A DNA stretch of 60,883 nucleotides, the filler included. It is 5 parts of 5 records of this genome, joined end to end, with 100 filler letters (N's around TTAATTAATTAA, not from the genome) between each part and the next. Parts side by side here need not be neighbours in the genome. Positions count along the whole stretch, not along the records: positions 7,188 to 14,951 come from SRR20825019_3021; positions 15,052 to 45,280 come from SRR20825019_3027; 3 more parts are not named here. One strand, 5' to 3'. The notes under the pieces were generated by a model. That model was not told where the DNA came from, ran no database searches, and saw only the letters and a list, made by a program, of their open reading frames with translations. Made by a program: the position numbers and the translations under genes. Below are positions 10,388 to 20,357 of this stretch, in pieces; positions within the stretch are counted from its first letter, which is position 1; each line of letters opens with the position of its first letter.

Positions 10388-11602
10388 ATGTCGAGCCACA
10401 AGGTTGCCATGCTGACCGCCGGGGGTCTTGCACCCTGCCTCTCGTCTGCCGTGGGTGGGCTGATCGAGCGCTATTCCGATATTGCGCCCGATACGGAGAT
10501 CATCGCATACCGCTCAGGCTATGCCGGCCTTTTGACGGGTGACAGCTTCGCCATCACACCGGCCATTCGTGAACAGGCCTCGCGGTTGCACAAATTCGGC
10601 GGGTCGCCGATTGGCAACAGCCGTGTGAAACTGACCAATCAGAAAGACTGCGAAAAACGCGGCCTTGTCGGCCCCGGTGAAGACCCTCTGAAGATTGCCG
10701 CCGAACAGCTGACCAGGGATGGCATCACCATCCTTCACACGATTGGTGGGGACGATACCAACACCACGGCCGCTGACCTTGCCGCCTATCTGAAGAATAA
10801 CGGTTACGACCTGACCGTCGTCGGCCTGCCCAAAACGGTCGACAATGACGTCAAGCCGATCCGACAGACGCTCGGCGCCTGGACGGCTGCCGAATATGGC
10901 GCTGCTTTCTTCGATAATATTGCAAACGAGCAAAGCGCCGCACCACGCACGCTCATTATTCATGAAGTCATGGGCCGTAACTGCGGCTGGCTGACGGCTG
11001 CCACCGCACGCGCCTATCTCGAACGTCAACGCACCGTTGAATATGTCGAAGGTATGCTGATGGACCCGGCAATGAAGATGCTCGACGGCGTTTATCTGCC
11101 GGAGATGGCGTTCGACCTTCAAACCGAAGCTGCCCGGCTGAAAGATGTGATGGACAAGAACGGCTCCGTATCACTTTTTGTCTCGGAAGGCGCCTGCCTT
11201 GATGCCATTGTTGCCGAACGCGAAGCCGCAGGCGCGGAAGTCTCCCGTGATGCATTCGGTCATGTCAAGCTCGACAAGATCAACGTCGGCGACTGGTTCG
11301 CCAAGCAGTTTGCAGCGCTTCTCGGCGCCGAACGCTCAATGGTCCAGAAATCCGGCTACTACGCCCGCTCGGCGCCTGCCAACAGCGATGACCTTCGGCT
11401 GATCCATTCGATGGTCGATCTGGCCGTCGAAAGCGCGTTGGACGGTGTGTCCGGTGTCACGGGCCACGATGTCGAACGCAACGGCCAGTTGCGCACGATT
11501 GAATTCAACCGGATCAAGGGCGGTGGTCATTTCGACCTGAAAACAAGCTGGTTTGAAGCCGTCATGGACGAAATCGGGCAGGATTTCGGTCCCTCTCATT
11601 GA
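10388..11602 (+). CDS. pfp: Pyrophosphate-dependent phosphofructokinase
   Basis: TAGGLAPC, GGDDT (PPi-type Asp), PKTVDND and EVMGR motifs. Confidence 0.92.
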   Translation: MSSHKVAMLTAGGLAPCLSSAVGGLIERYSDIAPDTEIIAYRSGYAGLLTGDSFAITPAIREQASRLHKFGGSPIGNSRVKLTNQKDCEKRGLVGPGEDPLKIAAEQLTRDGITILHTIGGDDTNTTAADLAAYLKNNGYDLTVVGLPKTVDNDVKPIRQTLGAWTAAEYGAAFFDNIANEQSAAPRTLIIHEVMGRNCGWLTAATARAYLERQRTVEYVEGMLMDPAMKMLDGVYLPEMAFDLQTEAARLKDVMDKNGSVSLFVSEGACLDAIVAEREAAGAEVSRDAFGHVKLDKINVGDWFAKQFAALLGAERSMVQKSGYYARSAPANSDDLRLIHSMVDLAVESALDGVSGVTGHDVERNGQLRTIEFNRIKGGGHFDLKTSWFEAVMDEIGQDFGPSH

Positions 11603-11654
11603 TTTTTCCTCCCTCCGGGGCTTTTATGTTCCTGTTGGCAGGAGGTGGTATAAA

Positions 11655-12290
11655 TTGTCAGTCGAAGCCATGATCGCCTTTTCGGCGCTGGTTTTCGTGG
11701 TGCTGTCGCTCCCCTCGGGCAGAATGCTTGGTTTTGCCCGCTGGCAGTTTCAGCGTCGCCTGAGTGCGCGGTTTGCCGCTGGTCTCGGACTTTTCGTTGC
11801 CCGGGCCGTCTCATTTTGTGCGGCTGCCGGATTGGTCTTTTTCTTCCTCATGGCCATGCCGGATGGCATTGTCCTGGCTCGTATCGTAGCAGTTGCATTC
11901 CTGCTTATTTTGTCAATCAGGACACTGATACAAGCCAGGCGCTCTTTCCCCGTCGCCTCCAATGACAATAAACCAGTTCAGAAGCTCCATCGAATCTTCT
12001 GGTATGCAGTTGTGGCCAAGGCCAGACCTTCAACGGAACTGGCCCTTCCGGCTGCTGTTCTGGTTCTCTTTCTTGAACCTTCCGCATTATCGCGTGACCC
12101 CTTACAGACAATCTCTCTTCTTTACATCTGCATGGCCGCCCTTTCACTGATTTCCTATGCCCTTGTATCGCGGCTTCTGGCCTCTCGTGTTCGCAAGGAA
12201 AATGCTCAGGACCGCAAGCTGAGAATTGAAAAGCTGTTGCGCTCCGGCTTGCCGCGCGTTTCAGCCCGCTACCGTCAGGATGCCGCCTGA
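11655..12290 (+). CDS. Divergent LysE/RhtB-like membrane protein
   Basis: Multiple TM segments and LysE-like N-terminus (PSG where PGP is usual); TTG start after GGAGG. Confidence 0.55.
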   Translation: MSVEAMIAFSALVFVVLSLPSGRMLGFARWQFQRRLSARFAAGLGLFVARAVSFCAAAGLVFFFLMAMPDGIVLARIVAVAFLLILSIRTLIQARRSFPVASNDNKPVQKLHRIFWYAVVAKARPSTELALPAAVLVLFLEPSALSRDPLQTISLLYICMAALSLISYALVSRLLASRVRKENAQDRKLRIEKLLRSGLPRVSARYRQDAA

Positions 12291-12323
12291 GCGCTGTCCA
12301 ACGTTCGCTCCAACGATTTTTCT

Positions 12324-12341
12324 CCGTCATCAAACTTTAGC
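12324..12341 (+). promoter_or_regulatory. Putative Pho box upstream of btaAB
   Basis: CCGTCAT-CAAA-CTTTAGC fits the 7-4-7 CTGTCAT Pho-box layout; bta genes are PhoB-controlled in rhizobia. Confidence 0.6.
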
Positions 12342-12440
12342 AGAGATCATCTAGGTGCTTGATATCAAGGGCGGCACACTGGCAGATGATTCATGCCTGT
12401 TCAGACCTGTTTCCCCCAAGCGCAGAGGACGGCAGCGACG

Positions 12441-13682
12441 ATGAGCAGCCTTGAGCGGCGAAACGATCCAACAACCGGCAATCGGTTAAAAACTGCTTTG
12501 CTGCAACATCGTGCGTTTTCGCGGGACGGGCTTTCGGAGCGTTTTTTCGGGCTTTTGTTTTCTGGTCTTGTTTACCCGCAGATATGGGAAGATCCAGATG
12601 TCGATATCGAGGCTATGGAACTGGGCGCAAGGCATCGTGTGGTCACCATCGGTTCTGGCGGATGTAATGTTCTGGCTTATCTCACATGCGCGCCAGAGCG
12701 AATTGACGTTGTTGACCTCAATACACACCATATCGCCCTCAACAGACTGAAGCTGGCAGCGTTTCGACACGCACCTGATCACGCATCCATTCTGCGATTA
12801 TTCGGGAACGGGGAAAAAGGTGGTGCAAGCGAATATGACCTGCATATTGCCGATCACCTTGACCCGCCGACACGCAGCTATTGGGACAGCCGGGACAAGC
12901 TTGGTCGCAGGCGCATCACTGTGTTCGAGCGCAACATTTACCGCACCGGCCTGCTTGGCAACTTCATTGGCGCAGGTCACGCCATCGCCCGCATGCACGG
13001 CGTCAATATTTCCCGATTAACCGAAACCAAATCGCTGCGCGAACAACGGCGTTTCTTTGATGAGAAGATTGCCCCCCTTTTCGACAAGCCGCTTATTCGC
13101 TGGACGACCTCACGCAAATCCTCTTTATTCGGGCTGGGTATCCCACCCCAGCAATATGAGGAACTGGCAAAAGCCAGCCCGGACGGAACACTTGCCCCTT
13201 TGCTACGCGCAAGGCTGGAGAAGCTTGCCTGCCAGTTTCCGCTGAAAGACAACTATTTCGCCTGGCAGGCCTTTGGCCGCTGCTACCCAAATGCAGGTGA
13301 CGGCGCAATGCCGACCTACCTTCAGGAAACCGCGTTCAACCCGATCCGCGAGAATGCAGCACGGGTGAATGTACATCATGCCGGTTTTACCGAGCTTCTT
13401 GCGGGCAAAGAGGCCGCCTCGACCGACCGCTACGTGCTTCTCGACGCACAGGACTGGATGAATGATCATCAGCTCAACGCGCTCTGGGCCGAAATCACGC
13501 GCACCGCGCGGGATGGCGCCCGGGTCATTTTCCGCACCGCCGGAGAACCAAGCGTGATCGCAGGACGTATCTGGCCAGAGATTGCAGGCCAGTGGCGCTA
13601 CCTTGACCAACAGTCCGAAGAACTGGGGAGGAAGGATCGCTCCGCTATCTACGGCGGTTTCCATATCTATGAAAAGGTCTGA
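12441..13682 (+). CDS. btaA: Betaine lipid synthase BtaA (SAM:diacylglycerol 3-amino-3-carboxypropyltransferase)
   Basis: LVYPQIWEDP, SGGCN, NYFAWQAF, LLDAQDWM and DRSAIYGGFH motifs. Confidence 0.92.
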   Translation: MSSLERRNDPTTGNRLKTALLQHRAFSRDGLSERFFGLLFSGLVYPQIWEDPDVDIEAMELGARHRVVTIGSGGCNVLAYLTCAPERIDVVDLNTHHIALNRLKLAAFRHAPDHASILRLFGNGEKGGASEYDLHIADHLDPPTRSYWDSRDKLGRRRITVFERNIYRTGLLGNFIGAGHAIARMHGVNISRLTETKSLREQRRFFDEKIAPLFDKPLIRWTTSRKSSLFGLGIPPQQYEELAKASPDGTLAPLLRARLEKLACQFPLKDNYFAWQAFGRCYPNAGDGAMPTYLQETAFNPIRENAARVNVHHAGFTELLAGKEAASTDRYVLLDAQDWMNDHQLNALWAEITRTARDGARVIFRTAGEPSVIAGRIWPEIAGQWRYLDQQSEELGRKDRSAIYGGFHIYEKV

Positions 13683-13684
13683 AA

Positions 13685-14344
13685 ATGACAGATCATGAAG
13701 GAACCGGCAAAGACCGCCACGCAGCCGCCATGGATTCGATGTATCGTTATCAACGACACATCTACGACCTGACCCGGAAATACTACCTCTTCGGCCGTGA
13801 CCGAATGATCGAAGGTCTCGATGTTCCGCCGGGCGGCTCCCTGCTGGAAGTGGCCTGCGGCACGGCCCGCAATCTGAAACAGGCTGCAAGCCGCTATCCC
13901 GATGCACGACTTTACGGTTTCGACATCTCCACCGAAATGCTGGTGAGTGCCCGTGCGGCTTTCAAAAACGAAGACCGCCAACCGGTCTTCAAGGCGGTAG
14001 ATGCCTGTAATTTCCACGCAGAAGACTTCGGCATCCATGGCTTTGACCGGATCATGATTTCCTATGCAATTTCGATGATCCCCGGCTGGGAGAAGGCAAC
14101 CGAATGCGCGCTTAATGCCCTCAATCCAGGAGGATCACTTCATGTCGTTGACTTTGGTCAGCAGGAGGGCCTGCCCGGCTGGTTTAAGGCCGGGTTACAA
14201 GGCTGGCTTGAGAAATTTAATGTCACGCCGCGCGCAGACATGCATGACGTGCTGTCGTCACATGCACAGAATTCAGACGCGAAATTCTCCTTCACCTCGA
14301 TCAATCGCGGCTATGCTTGGTTGGCAGTGCTGACACGCCGGTGA
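13685..14344 (+). CDS. btaB: DGHS N-methyltransferase BtaB
   Basis: YRYQRHIYDLTRKYYLFGRD, LEVACGT; directly follows btaA. Confidence 0.9.
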   Translation: MTDHEGTGKDRHAAAMDSMYRYQRHIYDLTRKYYLFGRDRMIEGLDVPPGGSLLEVACGTARNLKQAASRYPDARLYGFDISTEMLVSARAAFKNEDRQPVFKAVDACNFHAEDFGIHGFDRIMISYAISMIPGWEKATECALNALNPGGSLHVVDFGQQEGLPGWFKAGLQGWLEKFNVTPRADMHDVLSSHAQNSDAKFSFTSINRGYAWLAVLTRR

Positions 14345-14465
14345 AACCACCGGCTCCGGTTGTTGGGTTGCAGCGCAGATTTTAATGAAAGCTTAGGCGG
14401 ATCAGGCTAGGCTTGCCCTGACCAGTATATTCTGTCGAACAGGCACAAGCTTTGAGGAGACGCCT

Positions 14466-14951
14466 ATGTTTTCCAGGACTATCCGTGCGGCGATTGTAGC
14501 CGCCGGACTTTCATCACTCGCAGCAAGCCCTGCAATGGCGCAGCAATGCGGCGGCCCTCTTTCCGAATTTCTGAATGGCGTCAAACGCGAAGCGGTTCAA
14601 AAGGGCCTTTCGCCAAGTGCTGCCGATGCCGTTCTGGCGGGCGCTTCGATCAGTAATCAGGTTCTGAAAATGGACCGGGCGCAGGGTGTGTTTAAGCAGA
14701 CCTTTCTTGAGTTCTCGCAGCGCACCGCCAGTAATTCCCGCCTTCAGATCGGTGCCAAGAAAATCCAGCAATATGCCAGCACATTCAACCGGGCGAAATC
14801 GCAATATGGCGTACCTGCCGGAGTGCTGACAGCATTCTGGGCCATGGAGACCGACTTCGGCGCCGTTCAGGGTAGCTTCAACACGCGTAACGCGCTTGTA
14901 ACGCTGGCACATGATTGCCGACGTCCGGAAATCTTCCGCCCGCAGCTGATC
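14466..14951 (+). CDS. Lytic murein transglycosylase (MltB family), 3' truncated
   Basis: Signal peptide, FWAMETDFG catalytic motif, TLAHDCRR. Confidence 0.88.
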
Positions 14952-15051
14952 NNNNNNNNNNNNNNNNNNNNNNNNNNNNNNNNNNNNNNNNNNNNTTAAT
15001 TAATTAANNNNNNNNNNNNNNNNNNNNNNNNNNNNNNNNNNNNNNNNNNNN
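14952..15051. other. Artificial contig linker
   Basis: N run with TTAATTAATTAA; abrupt switch from GC-rich to AT-rich sequence. Confidence 0.97.
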
Positions 15052-15448
15052 AGATATGCTTCGTTACCATACATTTACTGCTGGTGCTGGATGGGCTTAT
15101 GATTATGGAACTGCTGAAGACAGTAAAGAGATGTTTGAGTATTTAAAAGGATACTCTCCATTAAATAATGTAAAAGAAGGCACTAGTTATCCAGCAACAT
15201 TAATTACAACAGGTGATCATGATGATAGAGTAGTTCCTGCGCACAGTTTTAAATTTGCTGCGGAGCTTCAATCGAAGCATGTTGGAGATAACCCTGTTTT
15301 AATTCGAATTGAAACTGATGCGGGTCATGGTGCAGGAACACCGGTAAGCAAAACCATCGAGCAGTATGCAGATATTTTTGGTTTTACTCTTTTCAATATG
15401 GGGTATGAAGAATTGCCAGAAAGTATAAATAAAGCTATTAAGCAATAA
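15052..15448 (+). CDS. Prolyl oligopeptidase, C-terminal part (5' truncated)
   Basis: [17 protein letters not shown] and AGHGAG catalytic Asp/His motifs. Confidence 0.9.
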
Positions 15449-15453
15449 AAAAA

Positions 15454-15507
15454 CTGCCTGAAATGTATTATAAATCGGTTTTTAATCGACCAATACATTT
15501 CAGGCAG
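15454..15507. terminator. Bidirectional terminator between convergent genes
   Basis: Perfect 16-bp inverted repeat CTGCCTGAAATGTATT/AATACATTTCAGGCAG flanked by A and T tracts. Confidence 0.8.
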
Positions 15508-15514
15508 CTTCTTT

Positions 15515-16519
15515 TTAATCTAACTTATCTGTTAGCTTCTTAAAGGTTTTTTTTGGATCTTTATTTTCGTATAAAACTTCATAAACTGCATCAATAATAG
15601 GTGTTTTGGCTTTTTTCTTACCTTTTTGTTGATTTAGTTTATAAGCACTTTTGGTAGCATAATATCCTTCCGCAATCATACTCATTTCTAATTGGGCACT
15701 TTTAACGGTGTATCCTTTTCCTATCATTGTGCCAAACAAACGGTTTCGGCTGAAAACGGAATATCCTGTTACCAATAAATCTCCTAAATAAGCTGAATCA
15801 TTAATATCCCGCTTCATTTTATGGACTTTCTTCACATACTTTTTCATCTCGCGGATGGCGTTGCTCATCAAAACACTTTGAAAATTATCACCATAACCAA
15901 GTCCGTGGGCAATACCTGCGGCAACGGCATAAATATTTTTTAGCATGGCAGCATATTCCGTTCCTAAAACATCGTCGCTGGTGGTGCATTTAATGTAATC
16001 GCTTCGTAAAACGTTGGCAATAATTTTTGCTTTTTCATCATCTGCACTAGCAATGGTAAGATAGGAGAGGCGTTCAAGTGCAACTTCTTCTGCATGACAA
16101 GGGCCAGAAATTACACCAATATTGTTGAATGGAACTTTATAAAATGTATTGAAATGATCGCCCACAATCAAGCTTGTTTCTGGAACAATCCCTTTAATTG
16201 CTGAGAAAACTATTTTATCTTCTAAAGAAACTGTCAATTTTTCAAGTTCTTGGTGAAGAAAGGCAGATGGAATCACAAAGATTAAATAATCTGCTGCTGA
16301 AACGGTTTCATTGATATCGTTACTGAGTTTCAATTGCTTTAAATTGAATTCAACAGAACTTAAATAATTTGGATTGTGATTATTCTTTTTAATAAAATCC
16401 AAAGACTCCTTCCCTCGCATGTACCAATGTACTTCATTGAGATTTTCGCAAAGCATTTTTACAATTGCAGTAGCCCAGCTTCCACCGCCAAATACTGCAA
16501 ATTTTGGTTTATCAGACAT
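15515..16519 (-). CDS. gpsA: NAD(P)H-dependent glycerol-3-phosphate dehydrogenase
   Basis: GGGSWATA, SGPCHAEE, LKNIYAVAAG and GDLLVT..SRN motifs. Confidence 0.93.
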   Translation of the reverse strand: MSDKPKFAVFGGGSWATAIVKMLCENLNEVHWYMRGKESLDFIKKNNHNPNYLSSVEFNLKQLKLSNDINETVSAADYLIFVIPSAFLHQELEKLTVSLEDKIVFSAIKGIVPETSLIVGDHFNTFYKVPFNNIGVISGPCHAEEVALERLSYLTIASADDEKAKIIANVLRSDYIKCTTSDDVLGTEYAAMLKNIYAVAAGIAHGLGYGDNFQSVLMSNAIREMKKYVKKVHKMKRDINDSAYLGDLLVTGYSVFSRNRLFGTMIGKGYTVKSAQLEMSMIAEGYYATKSAYKLNQQKGKKKAKTPIIDAVYEVLYENKDPKKTFKKLTDKLD

Positions 16520-16537
16520 TATTTTTATTTATAGCAC

Positions 16538-16545
16538 CAAAAGTA
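16538..16545 (-). promoter_or_regulatory. Bacteroidetes housekeeping promoter -7 element (gpsA)
   Basis: TACTTTTG matches TAnnTTTG. Confidence 0.55.
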
Positions 16546-16731
16546 CATAATTTCTTGTTTTAAACATTTAACAGTAGCTTAAGAATGGCCGTGCAATGAT
16601 TCAAGAATATGTTTCGTTATTGCATTTGATTGTTGAGGTGGGTTTCCCATCAATACGAAAGTAGTTTCAATGATTTTGGTTGGTTATTTAGTTGAGGCCG
16701 TTCTCCAAAGTTAATTTGGCGGGCGGTTTTT

Positions 16732-17322
16732 CTATTTGTAAAAATTCATTTCATCTAGATATTTCCAAACGTTAGCAGCAAGCATCGGTTGGATATTTTT
16801 ACCAGATTTTATACTTTTTCTAATAAACGTAGACGATAACTCAATAATGGGAGCATCAATTTTTGTTATCTTTTTATGATTGTTGAATTGTGTTTCAACA
16901 GTTCCTTCGGAGATCCTTGGATACACATAAATAGCATACCTTTCAAGAATTATTTCGTAGTTTTTCCACTTCTGAAAACTTTTTAGATTGTCTTCACCCA
17001 TAATTAAACAAAAATGTTTTTCAGGATGTTTTTCTTCCAAATAAGCCAATGTATTTACAGTGTAATTGGGTTGTGGCAAGTCAAACTCTACATTGCTGGC
17101 ATGCAATTTTGGGTAGTCATCCACAGCAATCTGAACCATTGCCAATCGGTGGTGATCTTCAAGTAATGTTTTCTTCTTTTTATGAGGGTTGTGGGGTGTT
17201 ACCACAAACCAAACTTCATCTAAATCGCTAAACTCCGCCATATAGTTGGCAAGAATTAAATGCCCAGCATGAATGGGATTGAATGTGCCAAAGTAGAGCC
17301 CTATTTTTTTTGAAGATTTCAA
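16732..17322 (-). CDS. nadD: Nicotinate-nucleotide adenylyltransferase
   Basis: GTFNPIHAGH, MGEDN and SSTFIR motifs. Confidence 0.93.
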   Translation of the reverse strand: MKSSKKIGLYFGTFNPIHAGHLILANYMAEFSDLDEVWFVVTPHNPHKKKKTLLEDHHRLAMVQIAVDDYPKLHASNVEFDLPQPNYTVNTLAYLEEKHPEKHFCLIMGEDNLKSFQKWKNYEIILERYAIYVYPRISEGTVETQFNNHKKITKIDAPIIELSSTFIRKSIKSGKNIQPMLAANVWKYLDEMNFYK

Positions 17323-17332
17323 ATCTTGGTAC

Positions 17333-17905
17333 TTATTTATTTATAAAACCTTCCACCAAATCATGCGCTTCGTTTAAGGCAGTTTCTAGGTCGTAGTTTT
17401 TTATGATGTAATCAAATTGTGGTGCAGTAGCAAGCTCTACAGAAGCTTTTGCAATACGCATATTTATGCGATCTTCGCTTTCTGTTTTACGCTTTTTTAA
17501 GCGAATTTTAAGCTCATCTATACTTGGTGGTTTTACAAAAACAGCCAAGGTTTTGTCAGGAAATTTCTTTTTAATACGAAGCCCTCCTGCAACATCAATA
17601 TCGAAAATTACGTTTTTGCCATGACTCCAAATACGTTCTATTTCTGTTTTTAAGGTTCCGTAAAAATTATCGCGATATACTTCTTCCCACTCTAAAAAGT
17701 CTTCGTCTTTTATATGTTGCTTAAAATCTTTTAGTGAAATAAAATAATAATTTTCACCGTGTTTTTCATCGCCACGAGCTTCTCGGGAAGTACACGAAAT
17801 GGAAAATTCCAAATTAAGATCTTTTTGTTTTAGTAAATGTTGTACAATGGTGGTTTTGCCACTTCCGGAAGGTGCCGAAAATACTATCAATTTTCCTCCT
17901 TTCAT
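17333..17905 (-). CDS. gmk: Guanylate kinase
   Basis: APSGSGKTT, SCTSR and FYGT motifs. Confidence 0.95.
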   Translation of the reverse strand: MKGGKLIVFSAPSGSGKTTIVQHLLKQKDLNLEFSISCTSREARGDEKHGENYYFISLKDFKQHIKDEDFLEWEEVYRDNFYGTLKTEIERIWSHGKNVIFDIDVAGGLRIKKKFPDKTLAVFVKPPSIDELKIRLKKRKTESEDRINMRIAKASVELATAPQFDYIIKNYDLETALNEAHDLVEGFINK

Positions 17906-18763
17906 CTATAAAACGTTTAAAGCTTGCTCTTTAATTTTTTCTAACTCGTCTTTCATTTGTACTACAATTTGCTGCATAGGCGCATAATTTGCCTTGCTAC
18001 CAATGGTGTTGATTTCACGTCCAATTTCTTGTGTGATGAAGCCTAATTTTTTTCCGTTAGAATCGTGCGAGCTAAGTGATTGCTCAAAATATTCCAAATG
18101 GTTTTTTAAACGAACCTTTTCTTCGGTGATGTCATATTTTTCAAGATAATAGATCAATTCTTGCTCAAAACGGTTTTCGTCTACTTTTTCTTTTAAATCT
18201 GAAACAGCTTTTCGAAGACGTTCTTTAACAGCATCTATACGTTCTGGGTCTATTGCAATTACTTCATCCAGCAATTTTGAAATGGTTTTGGTACGTGCTA
18301 TAAAATCATTTTCGAGCACCAAACCTTCATCGGTTCTGTAGGTATTGATTGCTTCAAGTGCTTTGTTTAATCCTTTTAAAATTGCTTCATATTCCTTTTC
18401 ATCAATTTCCTCACGCTCTGTTTTTAAAGCATCTGGCATTCGAACTGCCATTTTTAAAAGCTCCACAGGATCACCGTTCACCACATTTGCCAACTGTTCA
18501 ATATATTTTTTTACGGTAGCCTCATTAAGCTGGGTGCTAACCTCTTCGCCAGTTACTTCTATATAAAGTGAAAGATCCACTTTTCCTCTTTGTAATGATT
18601 TTGCTAATAAATCACGAATTTCTAGTTCCTTTTCTCGATATGTGGAAGGTACGCGGGTGTTAAGGTCAAGCCCTTTACTGTTTAGCGATTTAACTTCAAT
18701 AGTTATTGTTTTGGATGGCAATTGAACAACTTCTTTGCCGTATCCGGTCATGGATTGGATCAT
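17906..18763 (-). CDS. yicC: YicC/YloC family endoribonuclease
   Basis: MIQSMTGYG, DITEEKVRL, QEIGREINTIGSKA. Confidence 0.92.
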   Translation of the reverse strand: MIQSMTGYGKEVVQLPSKTITIEVKSLNSKGLDLNTRVPSTYREKELEIRDLLAKSLQRGKVDLSLYIEVTGEEVSTQLNEATVKKYIEQLANVVNGDPVELLKMAVRMPDALKTEREEIDEKEYEAILKGLNKALEAINTYRTDEGLVLENDFIARTKTISKLLDEVIAIDPERIDAVKERLRKAVSDLKEKVDENRFEQELIYYLEKYDITEEKVRLKNHLEYFEQSLSSHDSNGKKLGFITQEIGREINTIGSKANYAPMQQIVVQMKDELEKIKEQALNVL

Positions 18764-18783
18764 ATTCCTGTTTTATTGAAGGG

Positions 18784-18791
18784 CAAAGGTA
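18784..18791 (-). promoter_or_regulatory. Bacteroidetes -7 promoter element (yicC-gmk-nadD)
   Basis: TACCTTTG about 20 nt before the start codon. Confidence 0.55.
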
Positions 18792-18840
18792 CTAAAATTA
18801 GGTGGTTGGTTGTAGTTTGGAGCTGTGCGGGTTTTATTTC

Positions 18841-19797
18841 TTATTCTTTTAAAAATGCTAAAGCCTTTTTTTCGCTGTAGTAAACTTTGTTTGACTGATA
18901 AAAACCAACGTGCCCACCATAGTTTGGGGTTTCTAAATGTAAATTCTTCATTTTTGAAGCCAATTCGTTTGGGTAACATTCCGATGAAAGAAAAGTATCG
19001 TTTTTAGCGTTTAATAGATAGATTGGAATCTTAATATTTGGAAGAAACTGCAAACTACTATTTTTCTCATAATAATCTAAAGCATCTTTAAAACCATGTG
19101 CTGGAGCAGTGTATAGATTGTCAAATTCAAAAAGTGAAGTGATTTTTTTATAGTCTTCAGCTGTCATTTTTTCGGGAAAATCCTTCATTTTTGATTTGTA
19201 TTTCTTCCGAAGATTTATCAAAAAAGAACTTCTATAAACCCAGTTATAGTATTGGCTTAAAGATTCTAAAGAACCTTTTAAACTAAGTGGCGTTGAAATA
19301 GCAACAGCTTTTTTAATTTCCTTCGGAAGGGTTTCACGTTCTCCTAAATATTTAAGAAGTAAATTCCCTCCGAGACTAAAACCAAGCAAGTTAATTTCAA
19401 AATAAGCATCCTTTTTTAAAATGAAACTAATAACACTTTCTAAATCGTCTGTTTTTCCAGCATTGTATGATTGATAGGTAGTATTTGTTTCCCCGCTACA
19501 CCCACGAAAGTTCACTGCAGCAACGTCCCAGCCATTTTTATTTAAAATATTAGCCTGTCCTTTTATGTACGTTCGCTGGGCATTACCTTCTAATCCGTGA
19601 AGGATTATTATAACTTTTTGATTCGGGTTATGGGCAAACGACCAATCAATATCTAAGAAATCACCATCGGGTAATTGCAAACGTTCCCGTTGTTGTGCTA
19701 TACTTGGGGAAGGCCTAAGCTTAGCAGAATAAATGGTAGAAAAATGTGCATTTCTAAAGGGGAAAGGTGGTTTGTAATTACTTTTAATTTGAGGCAT
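18841..19797 (-). CDS. YheT-family alpha/beta hydrolase
   Basis: HGLEG, NFRGCSG, GFSLGG nucleophile elbow, GGHVGF. Confidence 0.88.
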   Translation of the reverse strand: MPQIKSNYKPPFPFRNAHFSTIYSAKLRPSPSIAQQRERLQLPDGDFLDIDWSFAHNPNQKVIIILHGLEGNAQRTYIKGQANILNKNGWDVAAVNFRGCSGETNTTYQSYNAGKTDDLESVISFILKKDAYFEINLLGFSLGGNLLLKYLGERETLPKEIKKAVAISTPLSLKGSLESLSQYYNWVYRSSFLINLRKKYKSKMKDFPEKMTAEDYKKITSLFEFDNLYTAPAHGFKDALDYYEKNSSLQFLPNIKIPIYLLNAKNDTFLSSECYPNELASKMKNLHLETPNYGGHVGFYQSNKVYYSEKKALAFLKE

Positions 19798-19883
19798 TTT
19801 CTTAAAATAATTTTAACAAAAACTAAACAAATTTATTATGCTTGCATAACAAAAGTACTTTAAATTTGTATAAAAATTTGAAG

Positions 19884-20357
19884 ATGTACATTAAACAATT
19901 TGAAATACGCTGGAGTGATGTTGATGCCAATCGCCATTTGCGAAATAGTGCATATATAGATTTTATGAGTCACACTCGAATGAGCTATATGTTAGAAAAG
20001 GGGCTTGGTCACCAACATTTAGCAAAACATGATCTTGGACCTGTGGCTTTTTATGAACACATGAATTATTTTCGAGAAGCTTTTCCTGGAAAACCGGTTC
20101 GTGTTTCCCTTCAACTTAAAGGTATTTCTGAAGATGGTATGTATTTTCAGTTTCTTCATAATTTCTATGATGAAAATGGTAAGAATTTTGCACGATGCGA
20201 AATGATGGGTGGTTGGATTAATTTGAAAGAACGCAAATTAGTTGGACTCCCAAAAGATCTTTTTGATAAGCTAGAATCCCTAGAAAAAACAGAAGATTTT
20301 AAAATTTTAACTAAAGAAGACACACGTAAAAAAAGCGAACGGCCACAGGATCTTTAA
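19884..20357 (+). CDS. Acyl-CoA thioesterase (4HBT/YbgC-like)
   Basis: IRWSDVDANRHLRNSAY motif. Confidence 0.85.
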   Translation: MYIKQFEIRWSDVDANRHLRNSAYIDFMSHTRMSYMLEKGLGHQHLAKHDLGPVAFYEHMNYFREAFPGKPVRVSLQLKGISEDGMYFQFLHNFYDENGKNFARCEMMGGWINLKERKLVGLPKDLFDKLESLEKTEDFKILTKEDTRKKSERPQDL

